DNA from: Eledone cirrhosa
Taxonomy: Eukaryota
Direction of reading: 5' to 3'
Length of the DNA: 64,000 bases
Assembly: GCA_964016885.1 (NCBI GenBank)
Contig: OZ024742.1
Location: 744,001-808,000, forward strand
Shown here: positions 47,301-58,685 of the stretch, piece by piece
How positions within the stretch are numbered: position 1 is the stretch's first letter
How the letters are laid out: each line of letters opens with the position of its first letter
Notes under the pieces: generated by a model
The model's input: only the letters and a program-made list of their open reading frames with translations
What the model was told of the DNA's origin: nothing
Database searches by the model: none
Made by a program: the position numbers and the translations under genes

Positions 47301-49743
47301 TCTAGTGGTATAGGTGTTCTGTGGAGGTGTGTGGTCTAGTGGTATAGGTGTTCTGTGGAGGTGTGTGGTCTAGTGGTATAGGGGTTCTGTGGAGGTGTGT
47401 GGTCTAGTGGTATAGGTGTTCTGTGGAGGTGTGTGGTCTAGTGGTAAAGGTGTTAGTGGAGGTATGTGGTCTAGTGGTAAAGGTGTTCTGTAGAGGTGTG
47501 TGGTCTAGTGGTAAAGGTGTTAGTGGAGGTGTGGTCTAGTGGTAAAGGTGTTCTGTGGAGGTGTGTGGTCTAGTGGTAAAGGTGTTCTGTGTAGGTGTGT
47601 GGTCTAGTGGTAAAGGTGTTAGTGGATGTGTGTGGTCTAGTGGTAAAGGTGTTAGTGGATGTGTGTGGTCTAGTGGTAAAGGTGTTCTGTGTAGGTGTGT
47701 GGTCTAGTGGTAAAGGTGTTAGTGGAGGTGTGTGGTCTAGTGGTAAAGGTGTTAGTGGATGTGTGTGGTCTAGTGGTAAAGGTGTTCTGTGTAGGTGTGT
47801 GGTCTAGTGGTAAAGGTGTTAGTGGAGGTGTGTGGTCTAGTGGTAAAGGTGTTAGTGGATGTGTGTGGTCTAGTGGTAAAGGTGTTCTGTGTAGGTGTGT
47901 GGTCTAGTGGTAAAGGTGTTAGTGGAGGTGTGTGGTCTAGTGGTAAAGGTGTTAGTGGATGTGTGTGGTCTAGTGGTAAAGGTGTTCTGTGTAGGTGTGT
48001 GGTCTAGTGGTAAAGGTGTTAGTGGAGGTCTGTGGTCTAGTGGTAAAGGTGTTAGTGGATGTGTGTAGTCTAGTGGTAAAGGTGTTCTGTGGAGGTGTGT
48101 GGTCTAGTGGTAAAGGTGTAAGTGGAGGTGTGGGGTCTAGTGGTAAAGGTGTTAGTGGAGGTGTGTGGTCTAGTGGTAAAGGTGTTCTGTGTAGGTGTGT
48201 GGTCTAGTGGTAAAGGTGTTAGTGGAGGTGTGTGGTCTAGTGGTAAAGGTGTTCTGTGTAGGTGTGTGGTCTAGTGGTAAAGGTGTTAGTGGAGGTGTGT
48301 GGTCTAGTGGTAAAGGTGTTAGTGGATGTGTGTGGTCTAGTGGTAAAGGTGTTCTGTGTAGGTGTGTGGTCTAGTGGTAAAGGTGTTAGTGGAGGTGTGT
48401 GGTCTAGTGGTAAAGGTGTTCTGTGGAGGTGTGTGGTCTAGTGGTAAAGGTGTTAGTGGAGGTGTGTGGTCTAGTGGTAAAGGTGTTCTGTGTAGGTGTG
48501 TGGTCTAGTGGTAAAGGTGTTAGTGGAGGTGTGTGGTCTAGTGGTAAAGGTGTTAGTGGAGGTGTGTGGTCTAGTGGTAAAGGTGTTCTGTGTAGGTGTG
48601 TGGTCTAGTGGTAAAGGTGTTAGTGGAGGTGTGTGGTCTAGTGGTAAAGGTGTAAGTGGAGGTGTGTGGTCTAGTGGTAAAGGTGTTAGTGGAGGTGTGT
48701 GGTCTAGTGGTAAAGGTGTTCTGTGTAGGTGTGTGGTCTAGTGGTAAAGGTGTTAGTGGAGGTGTGTGGTCTAGTGGTAAAGGTGTAAGTGGAGGTGTGT
48801 GGTCTAGTGGTAAAGGTGTTCTGTAGAGGTGTGTGGTCTAGTGGTAAATGTGTTCTGTGGAGGTGTGTGGTCTAGTGGTAAAGGTGTTCTTTGGAGGTGC
48901 GTGGTCTAGTGGTAAAGGTGTTAGTGGAGGTATGTGGTCTAGTGGTAAAGGTGTTCTGTAGAGGTGTGGGGTCTAGTGGTAAAGGTGTTCTGTGGAGGTG
49001 TGTGGTCTAGTGGTAAAGGTGTTAGTGGAGGTGTGTGGTCTAGTGGTAAAGGTGTTCTGTAGAGGTGTGTGGTCTAGTGGTAAAGGTGTTCTGTGGAGGT
49101 GTGTGATCTAGTGGTAAAGGTGTTCTGTGGGGGTGTGTGGTCTAGTGGTAAAGGTGTTCTGTGGAGGTGTGTGGTCTAGTGGTAAATGTGTTAGTGGAGA
49201 TGTGTTGTCTAGTCGTAAAGGTGTTAGTGGAGGTGTGTGGTCTAGTGGTAAAGGTGTTCTGTGGAGGTGTGTGGTCTAGTGGTAAAGGTGTTCTGTGGAG
49301 GTGTGTGGTCTAGTGGTAAAGGTGTTAGTGGAGGTGTGTGGTCTAGTGGTAAAGGTGTAAGTGGAGGTGTGTGGTCTAGTGGTAAAGGTGTTCTGTAGAG
49401 GTGTGTGGTCTAGTGGTAAATGTGTTCTCTGGAGGTGTGTGGTCTAGTGGTAAAGGTGTTCTGTGGAGGTGTGTGGTCTAGTGGTAAAGGTGTTAGTGGA
49501 GGTGTGTGGTCTAGTGGTAAAGGTGTTAGTGGAGATGTGTGGTTTAGTGGTAAAGGTGTTCTGTAGAGGTGTGTGGTCTAGTGGTAAAGGTGTTCTGTGG
49601 CGGTGTGTGGTCTAGTGGTAAAGGTGTTCTGTGGAGGTGTGTGGTCTAGTGGTAAAGGTGTTAGTGGAGATGTGTGGTCTAGTGGTAAAGGTGTTAGTGA
49701 AGATGTGTGGTTTAGTGGTAAAGGTGTTCTGTAGAGGTGTGTG
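40879..49743. repeat. Tandem duplication C, copy 1 (~8.9 kb)
   Basis: Markers: TTAATGG 41231/50131 (offset 8,900), ORF starts 41437/50358 (8,921), CTGGTGGCAAA 42636/51578 and TTCGTGGAAG 43541/52483 and 45999/54941 (all 8,942). Confidence 0.92.
47580..48060. repeat. Local 3-monomer (100-bp = 34+33+33) higher-order repeat (also at ~56520..57000)
   Basis: CTGTGTAGG / TTAGTGGAGG / TTAGTGGATG cycle every 100 bp. ORF-track starts fall at 47595, 47695, 47795 and 47995. Confidence 0.88.
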
Positions 49744-49778
49744 ATCTAGTGGTAAAGGTGTTCTGTGGAGGTGTGTGA

Positions 49779-52700
49779 TCTAGTGGTAAAGGTGTTCTGT
49801 GGAGGTGTGTGGTCTAGTGGTAAAGGTGTTCTGTGGAGGTGTGTGGTCTAGTGGTAAAGGTGTTAGTGGAGATGTGTTGTCTAGTCGTAAAGGTGTTAGT
49901 GGAGGTGTGTGGTCTAGTGGTAAAGGTGTTCTGTGGAGGTGTGTGGTCTAGTGGTAAAGGTGTTCTGTGGAGGTGTGTGGTCTAGTGGTAAAGGTGTTAG
50001 TGGAGGTGTGTGGTCTAGTGGTAAAGGTGTTAGTGGAGATGTGTGGTTTAGTGGTAAAGGTGTTCTGTAGAGGTGTGTGGTCTAGTGGTAAAGGTGTTCT
50101 GTGGCGGTGTGTGGTCTAGTGGTAAAGGTGTTAATGGAGGTGTGTGGTCTAGTGGTAAAGGTGTGTGGTCTAGTGGTAAAGGTGTTCTGTGGCGGTGTGT
50201 GGTCTAGTGGTAAAGGTGTTCTGTGGAGGTGTGTGGTCTAGTGGTAAAGGTGTTAGTGGAGGTGTGTGGTTTAGTGGTAAAGGTGTTCTGTAGAGGTGTG
50301 TGGTCTAGTGGTAAAGGTGTTCTGTGGAGGTGTGTGGTCTAGTGGTATAGGTGTTCTGTGGAGGTCTGTGGTCTAGTGGTAAAGGTGTTAGTGGAGGTGT
50401 GTGGTCTAGTGGTAAAGGTGTTCTGTAGAGGTGTGTGGTCTAGTGGTAAAGGTGTTAGTGGAGGTGTGTGGTCTAGTGGTAAAGGTGTTAGTGGAGGTGT
50501 GTGGTCTAGTGGTAAAGGTGTTCTGGAGAGGTGTGTGGTCTAGTGGTAAAGGTGTTCTGTGGAGGTGTGTGGTCTAGTGGTAAAGGTGTTGTGTGGAGGT
50601 GTGTGGTCTAGTGGTAAAGGTGTTAGTGGAGGTGTGTGTTCTAGTGGTAAAGGTGTTCTGTAGAGGTGTGTGGTCTAGTGGTAAAGGTGTTAGTGGAGGT
50701 GTGTGGCCTAGTGGAAAAGGTGTTCTGTGGAGGTGTGTGGTCTAGTGGTAAAGGTGTGTGGTCTAGTGGTAAAGGTGTGTGGTCTAGTGGTAAAGGTGTG
50801 TGGTCTAGTGGTAAAGGTGTTCTGTGGAGGTGTGTGGTCTAGTGGTAAAGGTGTTCTGTAGAGGTGTGTGGTCTAGTGGTATAGGTGTTAGTGGAGGTGT
50901 GTGGTCTAGTGGTAAAGGTGTTTTGTAGAGGTGTGTGGTCTAGTGGTATAGGTGTTCTGTGGAGGTGTGTGGTCTAGTGGTATAGGTGTTCTGTGGAGGT
51001 GTGTGGTCTAGTGGTAAAGGTGTTCTGTAGAGGTGTGTGGTCTAGTGGTAAAGGTGTTAGTGGAGGTGTGTGGTCTAGTGGTAAAGGTGTTCTGTAGAGG
51101 TTTGTGGTATAGTGGTAAAGGTGTTCTGTGGAGGTGTGTGGTCTAGTGGTAAAGGTGTTCTTTGGAGGTGTGTGGTCTAGTGGTAAAGGTGTTAGTGGAG
51201 GTGTGTGGTCTAGTGGTAAAGGTGTTAGTGGAGGTGTGTGGTCTAGTGGTAAAGGTGTTCTGCAGAGGTGTGTGGTCTAGTGGTAAAGGTGTTCTGTGGA
51301 GGTGTGTGGTCTAGTGGTAAAGGTGTTAGTGGAGGTGTGTGGCCTAGAGTTAAAGGTGTTCTGTGGAGGTGGGGTCTAGTGGTAAATGTGTTCTGTGGAG
51401 GTGTGTGGTCTAGTGGTAAAGGTGTTCTGTGGAGGTGTGTGGTCTAGTGGTAAAGGTGTTAGTGGAGGTGTGTGGTCTAGTGGTAAAGGTGTTCTGTAGA
51501 GGTGTGTGGTCTAGTGGTAAAGTTGTTAGTGGAGGTGTGTGGCCTAGTGGTAAAGGTGTTCTGTGGAGGTGTGTGGTCTGGTGGCAAAGGTGTTCTGTAA
51601 AGGTGTGTGGTCTAGTGGTAAAGGCGTTCTGTAAAGGTGTGTGGTCTAGTGGTAAATGTGTTCTGTAGAGGTGTGTGGTCTAGTAGTAAAGGTGTTCTGT
51701 AGAGGTGTGTGGTCTAGTGGTAAAGGTCTTCTGTAGATGTGTGTGGCCTAGTGGTAAAGGTGTTAGTGGAGGTGTGTGGTCTAGTGGTAAAGGTGTTCTA
51801 TAGAGGTGTGTGGTCTAGTGGTATAGGTGTTAGTGGAGGTGTGTGGTCTAGTGGTAAAGGTGTTCTGTAGAGGTGTGTGGTCTAGTGGTAAAGGTGTGTG
51901 GTCTAGTGGTAAAGGTGTTAGTGGAGGTGTGTGGCCTAGTGGTAAAGGTGTTCTGTAGAGGTGTGTGGTCTAGTGGTTTAGGTGTTCTGTGGAGGTGTGT
52001 GGTCTAGTGGTATAGGTGTTCTGTGGAGGTGTGTCGTCTAGTGGTAAAGGTGTTCTGTAGAGGTGTGTGGTCTAGTGGTAAAGGTGTTAGTGGAGGTGTG
52101 TGGTCTAGTGGTAAAGGTGTTCTGTAGAGGTTTGTGGTAAAGGTATTCTGTGGAGGTGTGTGGTCTAGTGGTAAAGGTGTTAGTGGAGGTGTGTGGTCTA
52201 GTGGTAAAGGTGTTCTGTAGAGGTGTGTGGTCTAGTGGTAAAGGTGTTAGTGGAGGTGTGTGGTCTAGTGGTAAAGGTGTTAGTGGAGGTCTGTGGTCTA
52301 GTGGTAAAGGTGTTCTGTGTAGGTGTGTGGTCTAGTGGTAAAGGTGTTAGTGGATGTGTGTGGTCTAGTGGTAAAGGTGTTCTGTGGAGGTGTGTGGTCT
52401 AGTGGTAAAGGTGTTAGTGGAGGTGTGTGGTCTAGTGGTAAAGGTGTTCTGTGTAGGTGTGTGGTCTAGTGGTAAAGGTGTTCGTGGAAGTGTGTGGTCT
52501 AGTGGTAAAGGTGTTAGTGGAGGTGTGTGGGCTAGTGGTAAAGGTGTTCTGTGGAGGTGTGTGGTCTAGTGGTAAAGGTCTTCTGTGGAAGTGTGTGGTC
52601 TAGTGGTAAAGGTGTTAGTGGAGGTGTGTGGCCTAGTGGTAAAGGTGTTCTGTGGAGGTGTGGTCTAGCGGTAAAGGTGTACTGTGGAGGTGTGTGGTCT

Positions 52701-55700
52701 AGTGGTAAAGGTGTTCTGTAGAGGTGTGTGGTCTAGTTGTAAAGGTGTTAGTGGAGGTGTGTGGCCTAGTGGTAAAGGTGTTCTGTGGAGGTGTGTGGTC
52801 TCGTGGTAAAGGTGTTCTGTAAAGGTGTGTGGTCTAGTGGTAAATGTCTTCTGTAGAGGTGTGTTGTCTCGTGGTAAAGGTGTTCTGTAGAGGTGTGGTC
52901 TAGTGGTAAAGGTATTCTGTAGAGGTGTGTGGTCTAGTGGTAAAGGTGTTAGTGGAGGTGTGTGGTCTAGTGGTAAAGGTGTTAGTGGAGGTGTGTTGTC
53001 TAGTGGTATAGGTGTTAGTGGAGGTGTGTGGTCTAGTGGTAAAGGTGTTCTGTAGAGGTGTGTGGTCTAGTGGTAAAGGTGTTCTGTGGAGGTGTGTGGT
53101 CTAGTGGTAAAGGTGTTCTGTGGAGGTGTGTGGTCTAGTGGTAAAGGTGTTAGTGGAGGTGTGTGGTCTAGTGGTAAAGGTGTTAGTGGAGATGTGTGGT
53201 TTAGTGGTAAAGGTGTTCTGTAGAGGTGTGTGGTCTAGTGGTAAAGGTGTTCTGTGGCGGTGTGTGGTCTAGTGGTAAAGGTGTTAGTGGAGGTGTGTGG
53301 TCTAGTGGTAAAGGTGTTCTGTAGAGGAGTGTGGTCTAGTGGTAAAGGTGTTCTGTGGCGGTGTGTGGTCTAGTGGTAAAGGCGTTCTGTGGAGGTGTGT
53401 GGTCTAGTGGTAAAGGTGTTAGTGGAGGTGTGTGGTTTAGTGGTAAAGGTGTTCTGTAGAGGTGTGTGGTCTAGTGGTAAATGTGTTCTGTGGAGGTGTG
53501 TGGTCTAGTGGTAAAGGTGTTAGTGGAGGTGTGTGGTCTAGTGGTAAAGGTGTTCTGTGGAGGTGTGTGATCTAGTGGTAAAGGTGTTAGTGGAGGTGTG
53601 TGGTCTAGTGGTAAAGGTGTTAGTGGAGGTGTGTGGTTTAGTGGTAAAGGTGTTCTGTAGAGGTGTGTGGTCTAGTGGTAAAGGTGTTCTGTGGTCTAGT
53701 GGTAAAGGTGTTAGTGGAGGTGTGTGGTCTAGTGGTAAAGGTGTTCTGTAGGTGTGTGGTCTAGTGGTAAAGGTGTGTGGTCTAGTGGTAAAGGTGTTAG
53801 TGGAGGTGTGTGGCCTAGTGGTAAAGGTGTTCTGTGGAGGTGTGTGGTCTAGTGGTAAAGGTGTTCTGTGGAGGTGTGTGGTCTAGTGGTAAAGGTGTTC
53901 TGTAGAGGTGTGTGGTCTAGTGGTATAGGTGTTAGTGGAGGTGTGTGGCCTAGTGGTAAAGGTGTTCTGTAGAGGTGTGTGGTCTAGTGGTATAGGTGTT
54001 CTGTGGAGGTGTGTGGTCTAGTGGTATCGGTGTTCTGTGGAGGTGTGTGGTCTAGTGGTAAAGGTGTTCTGTAGAGGTGTGTGGTCTAGTGGTAAAGGTG
54101 TTAGTGGAGGTGTGTGGTCTAGTGGTAAAGGTGTTCTGTAGAGGTTTGTGGTTTAGTGGTAAAGGTGTTCTGTGGAGGTGTGTGGTCTAGTGGTAAAGGT
54201 GTTCTTTGGAGGTGTGTGGTCTAGTGGTAAAGGTGTTAGTGGAGGTGTGTGGTCTAGTGGTAAAGGTGTTAGTGGAGGTGTGTGGTCTAGTGGTAAAGGT
54301 GTTCTGCAGAGGTGTGTGGTCTAGTGGTAAAGGTGTTCTGTGGAGGTGTGTGGTCTAGTGGTAAAGGTGTTAGTGAAGGTGTGTGGTCTAGTGGTAAAGG
54401 TGTTAGTGGAGGTGTGTGGTCTAGTGGTAAAGTTGTTAGTAGAGGTGTGTGGTCTAGTGGTAAAAGTGTTCTGTGGAGTTGTGTGGTCTAGTGGTATAGG
54501 TGTTCTGTGGAGGTGTGTGGTCTAGTGGTATAGGTGTTCTGTGGAGGTGTGTGGTCTAGTGGTAAAGGTGTTAGTGGAGGTGTGTGGTCTAGTGGTAAAG
54601 GTGTTCTGTAGAGGTGTGTGGTCTAGTGGTAAAGGTGTTAGTGGATGTGTGTGGTCTAGTGGTAAAGGTGTTCTGTGGAGGTGTGTGGTCTAGAGGTAAA
54701 GGTGTTAGTGGAGGTGTGTGGTCTAGTGGTAAAGGTGTTAGTGGAGGTCTGTGGTCTAGTGGTAAAGGTGTTCTGTGTAGGTGTGTGGTCTAGTGGTAAA
54801 GGTGTTAGTGGATGTGTGTGGTCTAGTGGTAAAGGTGTTCTGTGGAGGTGTGTGGTCTAGTGGTAAATGTGTTAGTGGAGGTGTGTGGTCTAGTGGTAAA
54901 GGTGTTCTGTGTAGGTGTGTGGTCTAGTGGTAAAGGTGTTCGTGGAAGTGTGTGGTCTAGTGGTAAAGGTGTTCTGTGGAGGTGTGTGGTCTAGTGGTAA
55001 AGGTGTTAGTGGAGGTGTGTGGTCTAGTGGTAAAGGTGTTCTTTGTAGGTGTGTGGTCTAGTGGTAAAGGTGTTAGTGGAGGTGTGTGGTCTAGTGGTAA
55101 AGGTGTTCTTTGGAGGTGTGTGGTCTAGTGGTAAAGGTGTTAGTGGAGGTATGTGGTCTAGTGGTAAAGGTGTTCTGTAGAGGTGTGTGGTCTAGTGGTA
55201 AAGGTGTTCTGTGGTCTAGTGGTAAAGGTGTTAGTGTAGGTGTGTGGTCTAGTGGTAAAGGTGTGTGGTCTAGTGGTAAAGGTGTTAGTGGAGGTGTGTG
55301 GCCTAGTGGTAAAGGTGTTCTGTGGAGGTGTGTGGTCTAGTGCTAAAGGTGTTAGTGGAGGTATGTGGTCTAGTGGTAAAGGTGTTCTGTAGAGGTGTGT
55401 GGTCTAGTGGTAAAGGTGTTCTGTGGTCTAGTGGTAAAGGTGTTAGTGTAGGTGTGTGGTCTAGTGGTAAAGGTGTTCTGTGGTCTAGTGGTAAAGGTGT
55501 TAGTGTAGGTGTGTGGTCTAGTGGTAAAGGTGTGTGGTCTAGTGGTAAAGGTGTTAGTGGAGGTGTGTGGCCTAGTGGTAAAGGTGTTCTGTGGAGGTGT
55601 GTGGTCTAGTGGTAAAGGTGTTCTGTGGAGGTGTGTGGTCTAGTGGTAAAGGTGTTCTGTAGAGGTGTGTGGTCTAGTGGTATAGGTGTTAGTGGAGGTG

Positions 55701-58685
55701 TGTGGTCTAGTGGTAAAGGTGTTCTGTAGAGGTGTGTGGTCTAGTGGTATAGGTGTTCTGTGGAGGTGTGTGGTCTAGTGGTAAAGGTGTTCTGTAGAGG
55801 TGTGTGGTCTAGTGGTAAAGGTGTTAGTGGAGGTGTGTGGTCTAGTGGTAAAGGTGTTCTGTAGAGGTTTGTGGTTTAGTGGTAAAGGTGTTAGTGGAGG
55901 TGTGTGGTCTAGTGGTAAAGGTGTTCTGTAGAGGTGTGTGGTCTAGAGGTAAAGGTGTTAGTGGAGGTGTGTGGTCTAGTGGTAAAGGTGTTAGTGGAGG
56001 TGTGTGGTCTAGTGGTATAGGTGTTCTGTGGAGGTGTGTGGTCTAGTGGTATAGGTGTTCTGTGGAGGTGTGTGGTCTAGTGGTATAGGGGTTCTGTGGA
56101 GGTGTGTGGTCTAGTGGTAAAGGTGTTAGTGGAGGTGTGTGGTCTAGTGGTAAAGGTGTTCTGTAGAGGTGTGTGGTCTAGAGGTAAAGGTGTTAGTGGA
56201 GGTGTGTGGTCTAGTGGTAAAGGTGTTAGTGGAGGTGTGTGGTCTAGTGGTATAGGTGTTCTGTGGAGGTGTGTGGTCTAGTGGTATAGGTGTTCTGTGG
56301 AGGTGTGTGGTCTAGTGGTATAGGGGTTCTGTGGAGGTGTGTGGTCTAGTGGTATAGGTGTTCTGTGGAGGTGTGTGGTCTAGTGGTAAAGGTGTTAGTG
56401 GAGGTATGTGGTCTAGTGGTAAAGGTGTTCTGTAGAGGTGTGTGGTCTAGTGGTAAAGGTGTTAGTGGAGGTGTGGTCTAGTGGTAAAGGTGTTCTGTGG
56501 AGGTGTGTGGTCTAGTGGTAAAGGTGTTCTGTGTAGGTGTGTGGTCTAGTGGTAAAGGTGTTAGTGGATGTGTGTGGTCTAGTGGTAAAGGTGTTAGTGG
56601 ATGTGTGTGGTCTAGTGGTAAAGGTGTTCTGTGTAGGTGTGTGGTCTAGTGGTAAAGGTGTTAGTGGAGGTGTGTGGTCTAGTGGTAAAGGTGTTAGTGG
56701 ATGTGTGTGGTCTAGTGGTAAAGGTGTTCTGTGTAGGTGTGTGGTCTAGTGGTAAAGGTGTTAGTGGAGGTGTGTGGTCTAGTGGTAAAGGTGTTAGTGG
56801 ATGTGTGTGGTCTAGTGGTAAAGGTGTTCTGTGTAGGTGTGTGGTCTAGTGGTAAAGGTGTTAGTGGAGGTGTGTGGTCTAGTGGTAAAGGTGTTAGTGG
56901 ATGTGTGTGGTCTAGTGGTAAAGGTGTTCTGTGTAGGTGTGTGGTCTAGTGGTAAAGGTGTTAGTGGAGGTCTGTGGTCTAGTGGTAAAGGTGTTAGTGG
57001 ATGTGTGTAGTCTAGTGGTAAAGGTGTTCTGTGGAGGTGTGTGGTCTAGTGGTAAAGGTGTAAGTGGAGGTGTGGGGTCTAGTGGTAAAGGTGTTAGTGG
57101 AGGTGTGTGGTCTAGTGGTAAAGGTGTTCTGTGTAGGTGTGTGGTCTAGTGGTAAAGGTGTTAGTGGAGGTGTGTGGTCTAGTGGTAAAGGTGTTCTGTG
57201 TAGGTGTGTGGTCTAGTGGTAAAGGTGTTAGTGGAGGTGTGTGGTCTAGTGGTAAAGGTGTTAGTGGATGTGTGTGGTCTAGTGGTAAAGGTGTTCTGTG
57301 TAGGTGTGTGGTCTAGTGGTAAAGGTGTTAGTGGAGGTGTGTGGTCTAGTGGTAAAGGTGTTCTGTGGAGGTGTGTGGTCTAGTGGTAAAGGTGTTAGTG
57401 GAGGTGTGTGGTCTAGTGGTAAAGGTGTTCTGTGTAGGTGTGTGGTCTAGTGGTAAAGGTGTTAGTGGAGGTGTGTGGTCTAGTGGTAAAGGTGTTAGTG
57501 GAGGTGTGTGGTCTAGTGGTAAAGGTGTTCTGTGTAGGTGTGTGGTCTAGTGGTAAAGGTGTTAGTGGAGGTGTGTGGTCTAGTGGTAAAGGTGTAAGTG
57601 GAGGTGTGTGGTCTAGTGGTAAAGGTGTTAGTGGAGGTGTGTGGTCTAGTGGTAAAGGTGTTCTGTGTAGGTGTGTGGTCTAGTGGTAAAGGTGTTAGTG
57701 GAGGTGTGTGGTCTAGTGGTAAAGGTGTAAGTGGAGGTGTGTGGTCTAGTGGTAAAGGTGTTCTGTAGAGGTGTGTGGTCTAGTGGTAAATGTGTTCTGT
57801 GGAGGTGTGTGGTCTAGTGGTAAAGGTGTTCTTTGGAGGTGCGTGGTCTAGTGGTAAAGGTGTTAGTGGAGGTATGTGGTCTAGTGGTAAAGGTGTTCTG
57901 TAGAGGTGTGGGGTCTAGTGGTAAAGGTGTTCTGTGGAGGTGTGTGGTCTAGTGGTAAAGGTGTTAGTGGAGGTGTGTGGTCTAGTGGTAAAGGTGTTCT
58001 GTAGAGGTGTGTGGTCTAGTGGTAAAGGTGTTCTGTGGAGGTGTGTGATCTAGTGGTAAAGGTGTTCTGTGGGGGTGTGTGGTCTAGTGGTAAAGGTGTT
58101 CTGTGGAGGTGTGTGGTCTAGTGGTAAATGTGTTAGTGGAGATGTGTTGTCTAGTCGTAAAGGTGTTAGTGGAGGTGTGTGGTCTAGTGGTAAAGGTGTT
58201 CTGTGGAGGTGTGTGGTCTAGTGGTAAAGGTGTTCTGTGGAGGTGTGTGGTCTAGTGGTAAAGGTGTTAGTGGAGGTGTGTGGTCTAGTGGTAAAGGTGT
58301 AAGTGGAGGTGTGTGGTCTAGTGGTAAAGGTGTTCTGTAGAGGTGTGTGGTCTAGTGGTAAATGTGTTCTCTGGAGGTGTGTGGTCTAGTGGTAAAGGTG
58401 TTCTGTGGAGGTGTGTGGTCTAGTGGTAAAGGTGTTAGTGGAGGTGTGTGGTCTAGTGGTAAAGGTGTTAGTGGAGATGTGTGGTTTAGTGGTAAAGGTG
58501 TTCTGTAGAGGTGTGTGGTCTAGTGGTAAAGGTGTTCTGTGGCGGTGTGTGGTCTAGTGGTAAAGGTGTTCTGTGGAGGTGTGTGGTCTAGTGGTAAAGG
58601 TGTTAGTGGAGATGTGTGGTCTAGTGGTAAAGGTGTTAGTGAAGATGTGTGGTTTAGTGGTAAAGGTGTTCTGTAGAGGTGTGTG
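49779..58685. repeat. Tandem duplication C, copy 2
   Basis: Colinear with 40879..49743. It carries two extra 21-bp truncated monomers (near 50160 and 50790) and T51523 in place of G42581. Confidence 0.92.
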
